Source: a phage. From it: a stretch of 64,000 nucleotides of DNA. Numbering within the stretch: the first letter of the stretch is position 1; every line of letters begins with the position of its first letter. The DNA is taken from assembly GCA_014435945.1 (NCBI GenBank), contig GCA_014435945.1_4088.1; one strand, written 5' to 3'. Below, piece after piece: positions 1 through 9,102 of this stretch. Made by a program: the position numbers and the translations under genes. A model generated the notes under the pieces. The model was not told where the DNA came from. It saw only the letters and a program-made list of their open reading frames with translations, and did no database searches.

Positions 1-162
1 GCCACTGGCTTTAAACGCATCGATGCTGATGTAGTATACGCTAAGATGAATAAGCTGGTAGACAAGATTAACGCGAAAGGTACTATCGATTTACAGTACT
101 GGACCGAAACCGATCCAGAATATGGATCTCACCGCTACCTGAATCCAGGTATTAAAATGTAA
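1..162 (+). CDS. hypothetical protein, C-terminal fragment (gene starts upstream of window)
   Basis: Frame 1 open from window edge to TAA at 160-162; promoter follows. Confidence 0.4.
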   Translation, partial: ATGFKRIDADVVYAKMNKLVDKINAKGTIDLQYWTETDPEYGSHRYLNPGIKM

Positions 163-169
163 AAAGTAC

Positions 170-197
170 TTGCATAGTACTTAGATTCATGTATAAT
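170..197 (+). promoter_or_regulatory. sigma70-like promoter
   Basis: TTGCAT 170-175, 16-nt spacer, TG-extended TATAAT 192-197; AGTACT copies flank the -35. Confidence 0.5.
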
Positions 198-251
198 GTT
201 TTACATAGAGAGGGGGAAATGGTTCTCCCTCCTAAATTAAGGAGTTTTATC

Positions 252-653
252 ATGACCTTCTCAATCACTTCCTTCGCTGACGTTTTAGTACTGGCTCGGA
301 CTTTTGGTAAAGATGCACTGGAGTACGCTGTAAGTAATGGCACTATCCAACCGGAACAGTGCCGCATCATTGGAAACTGCAAACGTTGGGCGGTATCCAA
401 TACTATTGCACTGGAAAACTTCAACGATGGCAACAATGAATATTCTGTTGATGTAGTATTCGAAGCCGTAGACCTGGGCGGTATCTATAACACTAACCTG
501 AATGATGTGCGTATCGTTCGCACTGGCTTCGGTGCTTATGATGTATCTATCCGTGAAGCTATGGACAAGGGATACATTAGCAAGGACTTACTTGCTCACA
601 TCATGCAGCTATGGACGGAACGTAACGAAGCACGTACTATCTTAGGGCTGTAA
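252..653 (+). CDS. hypothetical protein (134 aa)
   Basis: ORF-track ORF 189..653 trimmed to ATG 252 preceded by AAGGAG RBS. Confidence 0.65.
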   Translation: MTFSITSFADVLVLARTFGKDALEYAVSNGTIQPEQCRIIGNCKRWAVSNTIALENFNDGNNEYSVDVVFEAVDLGGIYNTNLNDVRIVRTGFGAYDVSIREAMDKGYISKDLLAHIMQLWTERNEARTILGL

Positions 654-678
654 GCAATACACATCACCAAACATCATA

Positions 679-696
679 GGCCGCTCTCTAGCGGCC
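679..696 (+). terminator. GC-rich hairpin, possible terminator or RNA stability element
   Basis: GGCCGC-CTCTA-GCGGCC perfect stem after stop of 252..653; weak T-tract. Confidence 0.3.
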
Positions 697-721
697 TTAA
701 CTATATCAGGAGTACATACAC

Positions 722-931
722 ATGATCTATACAGTATACAACGTTCTAGGCACTATTGCAGGCGTACATGATAACGTCGATAGTGCTATGCGTACAGTAC
801 TGCAACAGGTTCCACTAAAGCCTAAGACCATTAAGCAGATGACAGCACGACTAACCAGGGCGACGGCTGGCGTGGAAGTATGGCAGGACTATGGGGATAC
901 ACAGATAATCGTAAGCGTAACGAAGGATTAA
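722..931 (+). CDS. hypothetical protein (69 aa)
   Basis: ORF with AGGAG RBS about 10 nt upstream. Confidence 0.6.
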   Translation: MIYTVYNVLGTIAGVHDNVDSAMRTVLQQVPLKPKTIKQMTARLTRATAGVEVWQDYGDTQIIVSVTKD

Positions 932-960
932 TGCGTAAAGGGATCTAGTACTGATTCAGA

Positions 961-1024
961 AAAAAGTCAAGGCGTTTTTAAAATTATGCGTTAAAAAAAT
1001 GCATAGGTAATCCCTTGACTTTTT
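961..1024. repeat. perfect 12-bp inverted repeat with 40-nt spacer
   Basis: AAAAAGTCAAGG 961-972 and its reverse complement CCTTGACTTTTT 1013-1024 in a 250-bp non-coding gap. Confidence 0.5.
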
Positions 1025-1122
1025 TGAAATAAAAGGGATTGGACTATGGCAAAATGCGTAGGGGGCTAAAGGGCGGGTAACCTTAGCGACTTCGATAAAG
1101 GGGTATTACTTATAAAATGTTA

Positions 1123-1150
1123 TTGACTTTTTATATGAATCGTATATTAT
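1123..1150 (+). promoter_or_regulatory. sigma70-like promoter for the small-gene array
   Basis: TTGACT 1123-1128, 16-nt spacer, TATTAT 1145-1150. Confidence 0.45.
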
Positions 1151-1180
1151 TGGATTGATATTATTTTTAATGGAGTCCCT

Positions 1181-1378
1181 ATGCGTATTTTAACTCAAGA
1201 AGAGCACAACCACACACTCATATCCAACATGGCATATATCCTACATATGTCACATATCCGTGGTATTGCATATAAGCGTGAATTGGTTATGAAACTTTTC
1301 ATAGGAACTAACTATCAAGAAAAGTATATCGAACTATACTTACAAGAATTACGAAGGGACATAAAAGGTAGACTATGA
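1181..1378 (+). CDS. small protein, tandem paralog family 1 (GTNYQE motif)
   Basis: motif FIGTNYQEKY; first gene of array; stop overlaps next start. Confidence 0.65.
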   Translation: MRILTQEEHNHTLISNMAYILHMSHIRGIAYKRELVMKLFIGTNYQEKYIELYLQELRRDIKGRL

Positions 1379-1575
1379 AAATGCGTATTTTAAATAAAGA
1401 AGATTATCAAGAACTGTTACGTAAAAACATGGTAAAGATTTATAACACAGACACAAACTTAGAACGAATTGAGTTATACCTTTTGATTACATTGGGAACA
1501 AGCTATCAGGGAAGATGGGTGATTCAATATATGGATGCATTGAAAAATGAAATATTATCCACGAGGAAACAATGA
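1375..1575 (+). CDS. small protein, tandem paralog family 1
   Basis: motif LGTSYQGRW; ATGA overlaps both sides. Confidence 0.65.
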   Translation: MKMRILNKEDYQELLRKNMVKIYNTDTNLERIELYLLITLGTSYQGRWVIQYMDALKNEILSTRKQ

Positions 1576-1781
1576 AAACTATAACACGAACCCAATCATA
1601 CGGTCTTATCTTGAGATACATGGACTTAATGTTGGATATCAGAAAAGACCTTCCTAAAACTGCAATTGAAGTTGCAAGAGCAGAGATCCGCATGTTGGCT
1701 GTACTGAACACAAACCATCAGGAAGAGTATGTTGACGATTGGATTCGATTTTTAATAGAAGATATTAAGAGGAAACTATGA
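1572..1781 (+). CDS. small protein, tandem paralog family 1
   Basis: motif LNTNHQEEY; ATGA overlaps. Confidence 0.65.
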   Translation: MKTITRTQSYGLILRYMDLMLDIRKDLPKTAIEVARAEIRMLAVLNTNHQEEYVDDWIRFLIEDIKRKL

Positions 1782-1990
1782 TTTTTTTAACACCAGAAGA
1801 ATATAAGATACGTTTTGTTTCTGTCCAGAATAAAATCTTAATTATATACAATTCAAATGCAGACCTTAACTTATCAAGGGTATTAGAAAAAGATTTACTT
1901 ATGGGTGCATTTTTGGATACAGACTTTCAGGTGTATTATGTAGGGGAATACTTAATTGCACTCCAGAATTACATTAAGAGTAAACTATGA
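1778..1990 (+). CDS. small protein, tandem paralog family 1
   Basis: motif FLDTDFQVYY; ATGA overlaps. Confidence 0.65.
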   Translation: MIFLTPEEYKIRFVSVQNKILIIYNSNADLNLSRVLEKDLLMGAFLDTDFQVYYVGEYLIALQNYIKSKL

Positions 1991-2199
1991 ATAGCATTAA
2001 CTCAAATCTATATACCGAACGCGTCGCTGCCAGACAACTTGAAATTCTCATAGTATATGAAGAGACTGATGATTTAAACTTAGCATTAGTATTGGAAAAT
2101 GATATACTATTGGGTGCATTCCTCGGCACAGACTATCAGGAGCACTTCTTGAATGAGTATATAATTGCACTCCAGAAATACATTAAGAGCAAACTATGA
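1987..2199 (+). CDS. small protein, tandem paralog family 1
   Basis: motif LGTDYQEHF; C-terminus near-identical to previous gene (IALQKYIKSKL). Confidence 0.65.
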   Translation: MNSINSNLYTERVAARQLEILIVYEETDDLNLALVLENDILLGAFLGTDYQEHFLNEYIIALQKYIKSKL

Positions 2200-2414
2200 A
2201 ACATTTAAGTAATTACGAGAAGAATAAAATTATCGTTGCTGCAATAAACAAATATTTTACACTTCCTCACACAGAAGGTTTATGTGTAAGGGAACACAGG
2301 ATAAACACCACCGATATACGCATGATGGCTGTACTGGGGACGAACTTTCAGGAAGAGTATGTTGTTGCACACATAGTTGCCCTCACTGATTTAATAAGGG
2401 ACAAATGCAAATGA
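2196..2414 (+). CDS. small protein, tandem paralog family 1
   Basis: motif LGTNFQEEY. Confidence 0.65.
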   Translation: MKHLSNYEKNKIIVAAINKYFTLPHTEGLCVREHRINTTDIRMMAVLGTNFQEEYVVAHIVALTDLIRDKCK

Positions 2415-2629
2415 AAGACATAAACACTCAAGAATATCTTAAACGATTAGAACAAGGGAAGAACTTTAGACTTCAAGTTTACGATGATGAATCACTAACA
2501 TCCAATGAAAAGTATGTTATACTAACAGACTCAACATTAATACCATTTGTAGGAACAAACTATCAGGAGGTTATGGTAGACAACCACATCACGGCCTTAA
2601 AATGTCATGTCAGGGATTTAGGTAAATGA
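2405..2629 (+). CDS. small protein, tandem paralog family 1
   Basis: motif VGTNYQEVM. Confidence 0.65.
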   Translation: MQMKDINTQEYLKRLEQGKNFRLQVYDDESLTSNEKYVILTDSTLIPFVGTNYQEVMVDNHITALKCHVRDLGK

Positions 2630-2883
2630 AACACTTAACTGATGATGAATTTGAAACTATAATTCGTAAACTAACCCCCATCACAAGGATAGTCTACGGT
2701 GACCCCAGCCTTACATGGAACCAAATGCGAGCTAAAGTTAATGAGCTATGGTTGCTGTACTTTATGGGGACTCAATATCAAGATAAGTTTTGCACAGAAT
2801 ATATCGAACAATTAACGAATGTTATACAGGATAAACTAGATGATTATTTGCTCACAAAACATGAAGACTTTATCAGGAGTTGA
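2626..2883 (+). CDS. small protein, tandem paralog family 1
   Basis: motif MGTQYQDKF. Confidence 0.65.
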   Translation: MKHLTDDEFETIIRKLTPITRIVYGDPSLTWNQMRAKVNELWLLYFMGTQYQDKFCTEYIEQLTNVIQDKLDDYLLTKHEDFIRS

Positions 2884-3112
2884 GTATCAAACTGCCCTAT
2901 TCTCTTTAATCCATACCCTTAGAAAAAACAATGCCTTACATGGTGCACCTGAAGTGGATGTTATCAACGGTGAACTTTATCTTATGAAATTCATTGGAAC
3001 AAACTATCAAGATCTGTTCATTCAACGATACTTATCAGCATTAAGAAACCAAATCCAATATAAAACCATCAAGGCCAAAAAAGAATGGAATAAACAATGC
3101 GACACAGACTAA
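2861..3112 (+). CDS. small protein, tandem paralog family 1
   Basis: motif IGTNYQDLF; start set to internal ATG (MKTLSGVEY) by family N-terminal pattern; ORF-track start 2840. Confidence 0.55.
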   Translation: MKTLSGVEYQTALFSLIHTLRKNNALHGAPEVDVINGELYLMKFIGTNYQDLFIQRYLSALRNQIQYKTIKAKKEWNKQCDTD

Positions 3113-3348
3113 ATCACAAAATGTATTGTAAACTATTACAGACACTGGCACAGAAACACTATGACACGGTATCTGAAATATTACCCTATGATATCATGCG
3201 TTTACTTCACTGTGAGGCCGAGATGCTTGTACTGATGACAGGCACAGATAAAAAAGCAATTGCCAAATCAATAGATATGTTCATCGAAGCACAATGTCAA
3301 CACATTAGAACCGAGATATGGAGGCGAGAGAATGATAACCCTAAATGA
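3097..3348 (+). CDS. small protein, tandem paralog family 1 (divergent)
   Basis: motif degenerated to MTGTDKKAI; same size and position in array. Confidence 0.55.
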   Translation: MRHRLNHKMYCKLLQTLAQKHYDTVSEILPYDIMRLLHCEAEMLVLMTGTDKKAIAKSIDMFIEAQCQHIRTEIWRRENDNPK

Positions 3349-3547
3349 GTATCAGTATCATTGGAGGTTACAAGCTATAAGAAGGAAAGTTGTTAGTATT
3401 TCTTTAGACAAGTCTATTGCACAAGAGGACAAATGTGTTATAATAGCTGAAATGAAGTTGGGTGCTTTCGTAGGAACAAACTATCAAAACATCTACACTG
3501 ACGTATTGTTAAGTGCCTTACGTAACAAGGTGATATCAAAAGAATGA
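3332..3547 (+). CDS. small protein, tandem paralog family 1
   Basis: motif VGTNYQNIY. Confidence 0.65.
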   Translation: MITLNEYQYHWRLQAIRRKVVSISLDKSIAQEDKCVIIAEMKLGAFVGTNYQNIYTDVLLSALRNKVISKE

Positions 3548-3762
3548 GAAAATTACAAGGCTTTGAATACATCAGACTCCTGAAAACATGTGCCAACAGA
3601 AGAGTAAAGATTCAATCTGATAAGAGCATCCCTGCCAACCTAAAACATGCAATGATAGCTGAACTCTATGCAGGGGCACTCATAGGGACAAACTATCAAC
3701 AAATGTATATAGACATGTGGGTTGATGCATTAGTCAAGGAGATCCAAAGTAAATGCAAATGA
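3544..3762 (+). CDS. small protein, tandem paralog family 1
   Basis: motif IGTNYQQMY. Confidence 0.65.
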   Translation: MRKLQGFEYIRLLKTCANRRVKIQSDKSIPANLKHAMIAELYAGALIGTNYQQMYIDMWVDALVKEIQSKCK

Positions 3763-3971
3763 TTAATTTAAGTAAAGATGAATATTATGATCGTCTTGCA
3801 AAAACTTATCCAGCACGTAACGCCGTTTATAATAGTAACATTATTGAACGCTCAAAGAAGTTGATTGTAGTGAATGAGATTAAGATGCTTTCAGTCTTAG
3901 GAACAAACTATCAAGAGAATGCTGTACTGTTGTTAATTGATGCCCTCCAGAGAGAGATACAAAGTAAATGA
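3753..3971 (+). CDS. small protein, tandem paralog family 1
   Basis: motif LGTNYQENA. Confidence 0.65.
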   Translation: MQMINLSKDEYYDRLAKTYPARNAVYNSNIIERSKKLIVVNEIKMLSVLGTNYQENAVLLLIDALQREIQSK

Positions 3972-4204
3972 TTAATTTATCTTTCCATGAATATCAAAAA
4001 CGTTTAAATGCATCAAGGGATATAAGGATTCAAATCTTCAATAACAAAAAATTGAAACCTGACACCAGAAGAATCAAAATAATAGAAGCAGAGTTATGCA
4101 ACTTCCTGGGGACGAACCATCAGGAAGGTAAGATAAAAAACTATCTTAGAGAACTAATGAATTGTATCGAAAATAAATGCGATGCTTTGGAGAATAAAAA
4201 ATGA
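3968..4204 (+). CDS. small protein, tandem paralog family 1
   Basis: motif LGTNHQEGK. Confidence 0.65.
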   Translation: MINLSFHEYQKRLNASRDIRIQIFNNKKLKPDTRRIKIIEAELCNFLGTNHQEGKIKNYLRELMNCIENKCDALENKK

Positions 4205-4458
4205 TCAATTTAAGTAAAGATGAATATACCGAGCGTATGACAAAAATCTCACCTAAACGTAATGCAATCTATTACAGCCAAGAAATTCCACACAGTAAGA
4301 AGATGATTATGTATCGTGAGTTAAAGATGGGTATGTTCTTAGGAACAAACTATCAAGAACCAGAAGTAAATCGCTTAATAAATGAATTACTCATGGAAAT
4401 CAGAGGTAAGCTGTACTTTCATCAAATGACCCAGCCACTGAGGTGTACTAAGAAATGA
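4201..4458 (+). CDS. small protein, tandem paralog family 1
   Basis: motif LGTNYQEPE. Confidence 0.65.
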   Translation: MINLSKDEYTERMTKISPKRNAIYYSQEIPHSKKMIMYRELKMGMFLGTNYQEPEVNRLINELLMEIRGKLYFHQMTQPLRCTKK

Positions 4459-4670
4459 TCAACATCACATTGCAAGAAAGATTCATCCGAATCAACTATG
4501 CAATTACCAAATTAGATGCTACTATAGACAACCAAAGTTTACCGTTCAAAACAAGAATGATATTAGAGTGCGAAGCCAAGTTAGGTGTACTGTTAGGGAC
4601 GCAACACCAACAACGATATGTGGAAATCTGGATTGATCTTTTAACCCAAAATGCACATGAGAGAATGTAA
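4455..4670 (+). CDS. small protein, tandem paralog family 1
   Basis: motif LGTQHQQRY. Confidence 0.65.
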   Translation: MINITLQERFIRINYAITKLDATIDNQSLPFKTRMILECEAKLGVLLGTQHQQRYVEIWIDLLTQNAHERM

Positions 4671-4901
4671 ATGCAAAAGGAAATGATATACTTAACACAT
4701 GATGAATTTCAAGAGAAGATGTTAAAAGCCAATAACATTACTCTTAAGTTCGTTCCAAATCAATCAATATATGAAATGTCTGCGAATGTATTGTTTCAGA
4801 AGCTACCATACGTTCTTGGAACTGATAAACAAGAATTTATGGTTCAAAATATGATTGAGCATCTTGCAATGAGTATTATGGAAAAAGTAAATGCAAAATG
4901 A
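4671..4901 (+). CDS. small protein, tandem paralog family 1
   Basis: motif LGTDKQEFM preceded by VLFQKLPY. Confidence 0.65.
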   Translation: MQKEMIYLTHDEFQEKMLKANNITLKFVPNQSIYEMSANVLFQKLPYVLGTDKQEFMVQNMIEHLAMSIMEKVNAK

Positions 4902-5133
4902 AATGAAATACTTAACATATAATGAATACGTCGAGAGATTAGTTAGTGCCAAGAGATATGCCAATCAACTTCCTAATGATCCAAACCAAACCCCAGAGGA
5001 AAAGAATGCGGAAGCTCTATTCCAAGCACTACCATACCTTCTTGGAACTGATAGGCAGGAGTATCACGTTGAACGTATAATTAAATCTCTTAAAATCACT
5101 ATTAAGGAAAAAGTAAATGCAAAAGCAAAATGA
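4891..5133 (+). CDS. small protein, tandem paralog family 1
   Basis: motif LGTDRQEYH preceded by ALFQALPY. Confidence 0.65.
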   Translation: MQNEMKYLTYNEYVERLVSAKRYANQLPNDPNQTPEEKNAEALFQALPYLLGTDRQEYHVERIIKSLKITIKEKVNAKAK

Positions 5134-5380
5134 AATGAAATACTTAACAGACGATGAGTTAAAAGAACGATTAATTAAATCCAGAAAACTTACAAATCAA
5201 CTTCCAATCGACACAAACAAGTCACATGCCGAAAGGAGTGCAGAAGTTTTATACATTCAACTCCTGTACTTTCTTGGAACTGACAGACAAGAGTATTACA
5301 TTGAAAGTATGCTTCGATATCTTAAATTCTCTATAAAGGAAAAGGTACATGCTCAAGAATTTAAAAATCCTAACAGTTAA
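5117..5380 (+). CDS. small protein, tandem paralog family 1
   Basis: motif LGTDRQEYY. Confidence 0.65.
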   Translation: MQKQNEMKYLTDDELKERLIKSRKLTNQLPIDTNKSHAERSAEVLYIQLLYFLGTDRQEYYIESMLRYLKFSIKEKVHAQEFKNPNS

Positions 5381-5591
5381 TGAATATCATAAGATTGTAA
5401 TGAAAACTAATAGTGAAATTTCTAAAAAATCAAACCCAAAGTACATACTGGAACACACATTCGAAGAACGTCAATTAGCTCTAGTTGAAGCAAAACTTCT
5501 TGCACTCCTAGGAACAAACTATCAGGAAGAATACATCAGAAAACTAATATACCTTTTAACTAAACACATCAGGAAAAGAAAAAAAGCATGA
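5349..5591 (+). CDS. small protein, tandem paralog family 1
   Basis: motif LGTNYQEEY. Confidence 0.65.
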   Translation: MLKNLKILTVNEYHKIVMKTNSEISKKSNPKYILEHTFEERQLALVEAKLLALLGTNYQEEYIRKLIYLLTKHIRKRKKA

Positions 5592-5818
5592 AACACTTGA
5601 CAGATGATGAACATGGGCTTATAGTAATGGATGTAATCAACATCGAATACAAAAAGTTGATACGCTACCGTTGTTATGAAGATAAGCAACTCGTTCTAGC
5701 AGAACAGAAGTTGTTTCGACTCTTAAACACAAACTTCCAAGCACAATACGAAGAATCGTATTTGTACCTACTGTCGAGGAAAGCAAAAAGAGATTATGAA
5801 AATTTTAAACCACAGTGA
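5588..5818 (+). CDS. small protein, tandem paralog family 1
   Basis: motif LNTNFQAQY. Confidence 0.6.
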   Translation: MKHLTDDEHGLIVMDVINIEYKKLIRYRCYEDKQLVLAEQKLFRLLNTNFQAQYEESYLYLLSRKAKRDYENFKPQ

Positions 5819-6011
5819 ACAAACAGAATTGTTAATCTTTAATACAAGTAAATTCTTAAACATAACATTGTCTGATATAGATGAGGATGAAAAAGAGTTA
5901 CTTAGAGCAGATTTAAGAGTTCTTTTATATGTTGGAACTAACTTCCAAGAGCAATTCGTTGAGGACTACATCGATGAACTTAAAGAATCTGTACTGAGAA
6001 CATGCAAATGA
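5796..6011 (+). CDS. small protein, tandem paralog family 1
   Basis: motif VGTNFQEQF. Confidence 0.65.
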   Translation: MKILNHSEQTELLIFNTSKFLNITLSDIDEDEKELLRADLRVLLYVGTNFQEQFVEDYIDELKESVLRTCK

Positions 6012-6235
6012 AAATCCTTTCACCAAGTGAATACCACGAACTATTAAGTAGTTTAATTCTAAAATTGTATATAGCAAAGACCACAGATTTACCTGATGAA
6101 GAAAAAAATATTCTAATGAGTGAAATCTATGTTAATTCTACCCTAGGGACTAACTATCAAGAATGTAATATTAATGATTACATCAATGAACTAAAAAGGT
6201 TTATCCAATGCAAATGCGAATCATTACCGAAGTAG
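6002..6235 (+). CDS. small protein, tandem paralog family 1
   Basis: motif LGTNYQECN. Confidence 0.65.
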   Translation: MQMKILSPSEYHELLSSLILKLYIAKTTDLPDEEKNILMSEIYVNSTLGTNYQECNINDYINELKRFIQCKCESLPK

Positions 6236-6450
6236 AATACCTAACAATCATAAATGGACTGTTTTCGAAGTTATTTGCCATTAACACATCAAAACTTCCA
6301 GATACTGATAAAATTATTAAGTTAAATGAAATCTACGTTCAAGCTACTCTAGGAACAAACTATCAAGAAGCCAATGTGTATAATTACATTAATACACTCA
6401 AAAGGGTAATACAATTAAAATGCACAGACAGCACACACACAAACCCCTAG
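6208..6450 (+). CDS. small protein, tandem paralog family 1
   Basis: motif LGTNYQEAN; close paralog of previous gene. Confidence 0.65.
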   Translation: MQMRIITEVEYLTIINGLFSKLFAINTSKLPDTDKIIKLNEIYVQATLGTNYQEANVYNYINTLKRVIQLKCTDSTHTNP

Positions 6451-6650
6451 GAACAGCAGAATACATTGAACTAATGGCTGCAAACTTCTCATCCTTTAAG
6501 AAACTGATGCAAGAATCAAATAATGATTTAGAATATCATATCAAAAGTTCAGATTTAAGATTACTACTCACTCTAGGAACAGACAGTCAGTACAAATTCG
6601 TACAGGAGCATATTAGAGCACTTTTAAATGGCATCAGGGATAAACTATGA
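6420..6650 (+). CDS. small protein, tandem paralog family 1
   Basis: motif LGTDSQYKF; start overlaps previous gene by about 30 nt. Confidence 0.55.
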   Translation: MHRQHTHKPLGTAEYIELMAANFSSFKKLMQESNNDLEYHIKSSDLRLLLTLGTDSQYKFVQEHIRALLNGIRDKL

Positions 6651-6862
6651 AGGAAATATCAAATCAAGAGTACTTGGCACTGTTCAGAAAAAATAGTCAA
6701 GAATTTCTGAATATTGATACAAGGACTGATATAAGTGAACTTCAGAAAAATCTTTTGCGTTCAGAGATGATAGTACTGACACTCTTAGGAACACAGCATC
6801 AAGAGAGAACTGTTAATTCACACATAGGTATTCTTATACAGATTGTACAGGAAAAGATATGA
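6647..6862 (+). CDS. small protein, tandem paralog family 1
   Basis: motif LGTQHQERT. Confidence 0.65.
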   Translation: MKEISNQEYLALFRKNSQEFLNIDTRTDISELQKNLLRSEMIVLTLLGTQHQERTVNSHIGILIQIVQEKI

Positions 6863-7080
6863 GAATCATAACACAACAAGATATTCTTAAGTTCACAAGG
6901 GTTCATGCATCTGAATTTGATGCTATATTATCAAAAAGTTACAATGACCCTTATACAGAAGATGTACTCTACAATGAATTATGGGTGTATATACTTTTAG
7001 GTACAGATCATCAAGAGCAAGCCGTACAGAAGTATTTGACAGCTTTACGTGATGCTACAGCTAATGGAGTACATGTTTAA
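6859..7080 (+). CDS. small protein, tandem paralog family 1
   Basis: motif LGTDHQEQA. Confidence 0.65.
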   Translation: MRIITQQDILKFTRVHASEFDAILSKSYNDPYTEDVLYNELWVYILLGTDHQEQAVQKYLTALRDATANGVHV

Positions 7081-7081
7081 T

Positions 7082-7333
7082 ATGAAAGTACTGACAGAAT
7101 TAGAAATGTATCATAGATTTAACAAGTACTATCATTTACTTAAACCTATACAGAGGATTAAGTGTCCCTTTGTAGTGAAACAGGTATTAATTTATGAGCA
7201 TAAGTTATTTGTATCATTAGGTACGAATGAACAAGAGTATTATTTGAAGTTGTACTTAATTACATTAATAGATTTAATTCACTATAAAACCACACAATCC
7301 AAACAAGCTAATAAAGAGAAATATGAAAACTAA
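7082..7333 (+). CDS. small protein, tandem paralog family 1
   Basis: motif LGTNEQEYY; start moved to ATG just after upstream stop (ORF-track start 7049). Confidence 0.6.
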   Translation: MKVLTELEMYHRFNKYYHLLKPIQRIKCPFVVKQVLIYEHKLFVSLGTNEQEYYLKLYLITLIDLIHYKTTQSKQANKEKYEN

Positions 7334-7661
7334 TATACAACTCAAGGTTTATAAATCATTTGCAAGTACATACATCAAATGCTATACATGTAACTATGTA
7401 ATGGACTACAAAGGTAAGCCATTTACACTTACTTACGATAATACAAGAGGTTTTTATATATCTTTTGCTGATTACAAATATAACATATACGAACACATTG
7501 ACATTGAAGATTTAAGTACTTTATCACCAGAGGAATACTTTCAGGAATCGTTAGTATGGGATTTGGAGTTTCCTATGCCATTAGTACATAAAATGGTAGT
7601 CCAAATGAAAGAAGCTAAACCGGAGTTTAACGGTTATGAAGAATACACAATTGAGTATTAA
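7323..7661 (+). CDS. hypothetical protein, paralog family 2 (acidic-FQ-S motif)
   Basis: motif PEEYFQESLVWD. Confidence 0.65.
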   Translation: MKTNIQLKVYKSFASTYIKCYTCNYVMDYKGKPFTLTYDNTRGFYISFADYKYNIYEHIDIEDLSTLSPEEYFQESLVWDLEFPMPLVHKMVVQMKEAKPEFNGYEEYTIEY

Positions 7662-7877
7662 ATGAAAAGATTATCATACGAAGATTACACCAATCTTATC
7701 AGGACTTTACAACCAGAAATTAAAAGAATTAATTCTCTTCCTATATCTAATGAAGAATGTTCAGTACTGAAAGATGAGTTAATCTTAAAACACACAGTAG
7801 GAACAAACTATCAAGCAGATAGTGTTCGATATTTAATTTGGGGGTTGATGTGTCAAATAAAGTCCAGACAAGCTTGA
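7662..7877 (+). CDS. small protein, tandem paralog family 1
   Basis: motif VGTNYQADS; ATG directly follows upstream TAA. Confidence 0.65.
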   Translation: MKRLSYEDYTNLIRTLQPEIKRINSLPISNEECSVLKDELILKHTVGTNYQADSVRYLIWGLMCQIKSRQA

Positions 7878-7932
7878 CAGTACTCTTCATTACTGCTATA
7901 GTACACTAACGTTAATCATTAGGGTAAAAATT

Positions 7933-8178
7933 ATGTTAAATTTTTTAAATTTCCTTATCGTCTTGTGTATTGTTCTTGGGATTGCACCATTTGTATTGTA
8001 TTTCATGGATTCAGATGAAATGCAGAAGATGAATTGCACAAGGACAGGACAGAGTAGAGAAGAGACGATTCTTATGCCTGTTACGGTTATTGTTAACAAC
8101 ATGCCCATTACAAACATGGTCCCTACCCTAACGACAACGTACCAGTACTCTTGTACAGACGGAGAGAGGTGGAGATAA
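7933..8178 (+). CDS. small membrane protein (one N-terminal TM helix)
   Basis: hydrophobic N-terminus LNFLIVLCIVLGIAPFVLYF. Confidence 0.55.
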   Translation: MLNFLNFLIVLCIVLGIAPFVLYFMDSDEMQKMNCTRTGQSREETILMPVTVIVNNMPITNMVPTLTTTYQYSCTDGERWR

Positions 8179-8501
8179 TGTGTAAGTTCAATTGTATTGT
8201 ACGTAAGAATTCATGTTACATTGTAGTAGCTGATTTTAATACAGGTTCTGGGTTGAAGATATTTGAGTACAGAAAATGCAATAATTCTTTTCATTGGAAA
8301 TTGGGTGCAAGAAAAACAAAAACAATTTCAGTACCGAATTTATGTTCTATCTCTGAAGAAGAAGAGTTTCAGTACTTGTTAGTACATGATGATTCTTTAG
8401 GATTTACATTCGAAGACATGAAGGAAGTACAAAAGCAGATGATTGCACATTGTCATCTTCCAAAGAATTTTGTTCAACGCGTATGTGAATTCTACATATA
8501 A
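8178..8501 (+). CDS. hypothetical protein, paralog family 2
   Basis: motif EEEEFQYLLVHDD; start at ATG overlapping upstream TAA with GGAG RBS (ORF-track start 8151). Confidence 0.6.
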   Translation: MCKFNCIVRKNSCYIVVADFNTGSGLKIFEYRKCNNSFHWKLGARKTKTISVPNLCSISEEEEFQYLLVHDDSLGFTFEDMKEVQKQMIAHCHLPKNFVQRVCEFYI

Positions 8502-8510
8502 GAGAAGAAT

Positions 8511-8822
8511 ATGAAATTTAATATAGCAAAAACATCGAGTATATGTATTTTTGGTTATGCAGAAGAGTTAGGTGATATTGACATTCTTTTGTACAAAAAG
8601 GATGGTGTTATGCATTTCAAGTACCAGGATGAAGAGGCAGACAATTATCTTTTACCTAATTTAGTACAAATGCAGGAAGAGGAATTATTCCAGTACAGCT
8701 TAATATACGACATTGATATTTGCACGATGCCAGTATTAATTAGTATTCAAAAAGTGATGCTCGATATGTATGATAAGCTAATACAAGGTATGTCAGGGAG
8801 GATCATTGAAATTGACATATAA
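8511..8822 (+). CDS. hypothetical protein, paralog family 2
   Basis: motif QEEELFQYSLIYD. Confidence 0.65.
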   Translation: MKFNIAKTSSICIFGYAEELGDIDILLYKKDGVMHFKYQDEEADNYLLPNLVQMQEEELFQYSLIYDIDICTMPVLISIQKVMLDMYDKLIQGMSGRIIEIDI

Positions 8823-8850
8823 GAATATACCTAAAGGAGATGCAATATAA

Positions 8851-9102
8851 ATGTACAAAAAAATAAACCGTTATTTGTATGCATCAAAGTACAGGGATTT
8901 TTGTTTACGAGGGGGAGAGGAAGATTTTGCTCTGAGGTTATCGGAATTTAATATGTTATTTTATCTTGGGTCAAAAGAACAAGAAGATACAGTACAGAAA
9001 TTTCTCAATCATCTTGTACAAAAAATTAATATGCAAATTTTGATGCTTAAGTTACAGGATGAGATAAATGAATATGAATCCAGAAATAGTTCAGGATCTT
9101 AA
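8851..9102 (+). CDS. small protein, family-1-like
   Basis: degenerate motif YLGSKEQEDT; AGGAG RBS. Confidence 0.55.
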   Translation: MYKKINRYLYASKYRDFCLRGGEEDFALRLSEFNMLFYLGSKEQEDTVQKFLNHLVQKINMQILMLKLQDEINEYESRNSSGS

